A DNA stretch of 64,000 nucleotides. Origin: Octopus bimaculoides. Its lineage: Eukaryota. The stretch spans positions 39,609,760-39,673,759 of the forward strand of contig NC_068997.1 of NCBI RefSeq assembly GCF_001194135.2. The letters are read 5' to 3'. Made by a program: the position numbers and the translations under genes. This document shows, piece after piece, positions 61,531 to 64,000 of the stretch (positions are counted from its first letter, which is position 1; each line of letters opens with the position of its first letter). The notes below the pieces were generated by a model. It was not told the DNA's origin and searched no databases. It saw only the letters and a list, made by a program, of their open reading frames with translations.

Positions 61531-64000
61531 CCATTTTTGGTACGGATTTTCATACGCTTAGCTTTTTCTGTGCATGTTTCTTGTACGTCTAATTCTGGAA
61601 TTTGTTGTAATTAGAATGCGTTTCAATATTCCTTTGTTTGTTTTGTTACTGGGTATGATGCTTTCTTGCATTCATGCTTTGAGGCAAGTTTTAACACCCA
61701 GTCATCAGAGTTTTTTTCAGGTAGGTGTTTAAGCCAATTGTGATAATCTTCATTGTTAATTCCAATTGTAAAAGTCCATGATCACACTGCTTTCTTGGCA
61801 GGTAAAGCCGTTCTATATCTGCCTTAGGGTCGTGCATTCTATGCATTGTCAACAATATTCGTATTTTTCTGTCAAGATTACATATTTCAGTAATTGACCA
61901 GTTTATGATATTGAAACTGTAAGTCACGACTGGTATGGCTAAAGTATTGATCGCTTCAATCCTGTTTCTTGCATTCTGCTCTGTCTTGAGTATTGCTCTC
62001 ACCCTGCGATAACATTCTTTTCTGATCCTTTTGTCCATCATTGAATGTTTCATTCTCCGTCCCCTTCAAATACTCCTAGGTATTTGTAGCTCTCCGCTGG
62101 TTCTGATTACTTTATGACATTCTGCCGGTCAAGATTAACGTTGGATGATTCTGTCATTTTTCTGTTGATAAAGGTAGCTTTTGCACATTTATCGAGGCCA
62201 AATTGCATTCTGATGTCATCACTGAATTGTTTAACAATTGCTAGTAAGCCCTGTAGTTGCTGGTCATTTTTTGCAAAGAGCTTTAAATCATCCATGTAAA
62301 TGAGATGGTTTATATTCTTACCAAACACTTTATAGCCGCATTGTTCTTATCGAAAAATTTGGAGAGAGGCATTAAGGTTAGAGAAAAGAGGAGTAGTGAT
62401 AGAGAGTCACCCTGGAAAATGCCACATGAAATTCTTTGAGAGCATTGAGAGATTCATTGTTACTGTTCAAAGTCAGTGTGGTTCTCCATGATTTCATACT
62501 TACAGACAAAAAGTTTCGCAGAGTAGGTGCTATTTTGAGCATTTCCAGACATTTCTTAATCCAGCTATGTGGTAGGCTATCAAAATCTTTTTTATAGTCT
62601 ATCGAGACTACCGAAAAATATTTGTGTCGTTTGTGACACTCTTCCAAAATCATCTTATTGATGAGTAGCTGATCTTTACAACCATAGGACCCACGTTTAC
62701 ACCCTTTTTGCCCATTAGGGTATATGCCACTTTCTTTTAAAAAACTAAATGTATATTCCGTCAAGACAGATGTTAGCATTTTATACATTGTTGTTAAGCA
62801 GGTTATGGGTCTATAATTTTTTTGGTTCATTTGTTTCTTCATTTTTTGGAAGTAGGAATGTTACATAATTAACTAGCCTAGAGGGAATCATACTTGCTTG
62901 ACGAAAAACATTGTTGTAAAATTTTGTTAGCAGTTCCTGGCTCTCTGAGAAGACATTTATCCTTTCCTAGAGACTTCAATTTGCTTGACATCCTGAGAGC
63001 AGATGTTACATCCTCTACCATGATACCCTTCCACTTTTTCTCTTCTAGAGAGTCTAAGTCTGTAGATATTCTATCAATCCAAGGAGTCTTTTCATTGTTT
63101 GTTTTTTCTTCTACCCATTTTTATTCTAAAATTCCTGCACTTCTTCTTTTGACGGGACAGACTTTACTATAACTGGTATTTTCCCTATCTTCCTGTAAAA
63201 CATATTTGGGTTATTTTTGAACATAGTGTTGTTCTTGAAGGATCTAAGGCGCTTTTCATTTTGCTATGCGTCCAGCTTTAGTACATACCTTTTGCTTGAC
63301 AGTTTCTATGATGCTATCAATGTCAAGTATGGTTTCCATATTATATTTTTTCTTTAATTTTCAGGTTTTTGTTGGTTTGATATTCCTGTCAAACTTAAGG
63401 TTTTTTAAACATTCCATGTCAGACCTAAGTAGCTGAATTTGGTGTTGAATACGCTCTTGCCAAGAAGGCTTTTTGTGGGAATGTTATCGTTTTCTAATCT
63501 TTTCACGCGGATGCATAGTACAGGTGGTTGAGATCTGTAATATCAACATCAGTAGCTGAAATTCTCTCTTTACGTGCAAGGTAGATTTTACCAATATTTT
63601 CAGGTTTTGGCTAGAACTGCGAATTTTGGGGAGAGTGCGGCGTTTATTCCTATTGGTTTCTTTAATTTTCAGCCATTCAATCATGATTTGATTTTTTAGA
63701 TAATCTTGTTCTGTTGGAACAATTTCTGTGACTTTCTTCATGTATTTGATTTTCATCTGCCTTAGTGTTTATGGTTGGTTCAGAGAGTATTTCACTTTGC
63801 TTATCAGTTACATTAACTCCTTCAATCATAATTACATTTTCGTAAGACCTGGGTTGGTCTATAATTATTTCTTATGTAGTATCTTCTTTAGCTGAAACTT
63901 CGTTCTTTTTATCCCTTACTAATTGTTTAATTTGATCAATCTCTAATTCAGTATGTAGTTTCTTTTTCATAATGTTTCTTCTGACGTTGGTAAGTTTGTT
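61530..64000 (-). mobile_element. Decayed R4/Dong LINE (N-terminal region and RT), continuing past the window end
   Basis: ORFs with NYRPITCL, QKGC..GSYGCKDQLLIN, IDYKK.FDSLPHSW, GIFQGDSLS, YMDDLKLFAKN, FGLDKC, AINT.AIPV, ERLYLPR; cut by (TACA)n before the CCHC/RLE domains. Confidence 0.93.

Noticed and set aside
61530-64000. Active, intact Dong LINE
   Set aside because: Multiple stops and frameshifts, and no CCHC/RLE end.

Overview
This is repeat-dense, AT-rich eukaryotic DNA with 12 N-gaps (about 6 kb in total) and many di-, tri- and tetranucleotide microsatellites. The repeat families (several tRNA-derived SINEs, many R4/Dong-type LINEs, RTE, Tx1/L1, Helitron, mariner) best fit a coleoid cephalopod, probably Octopus; that assignment is an inference. 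I found no intact host gene and nothing prokaryotic (no CRISPR array, operon or rRNA). Almost all recognisable coding sequence is decayed transposon: about 10 R4/Dong fragments, an RTE LINE split by a Gypsy LTR element, a Tx1-like 3' end, an internally deleted Helitron, two mariners, a two-member MITE family, Penelope-like relics and about 20 SINE copies. A few weak minus-strand exon candidates (9.2, 33.1-33.7 and 38.9-39.0 kb) hint that the window may be intronic. The observations most worth checking are a perfect 231-bp direct repeat around an old LINE, a tRNA-shaped unit with a Pol III terminator, a 93-bp MITE-derived hairpin, a head-to-head mariner foldback and a possible young or polymorphic Dong insertion at a gap. 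I see no convincing new biological system. All calls are by eye, and most boundaries are approximate.
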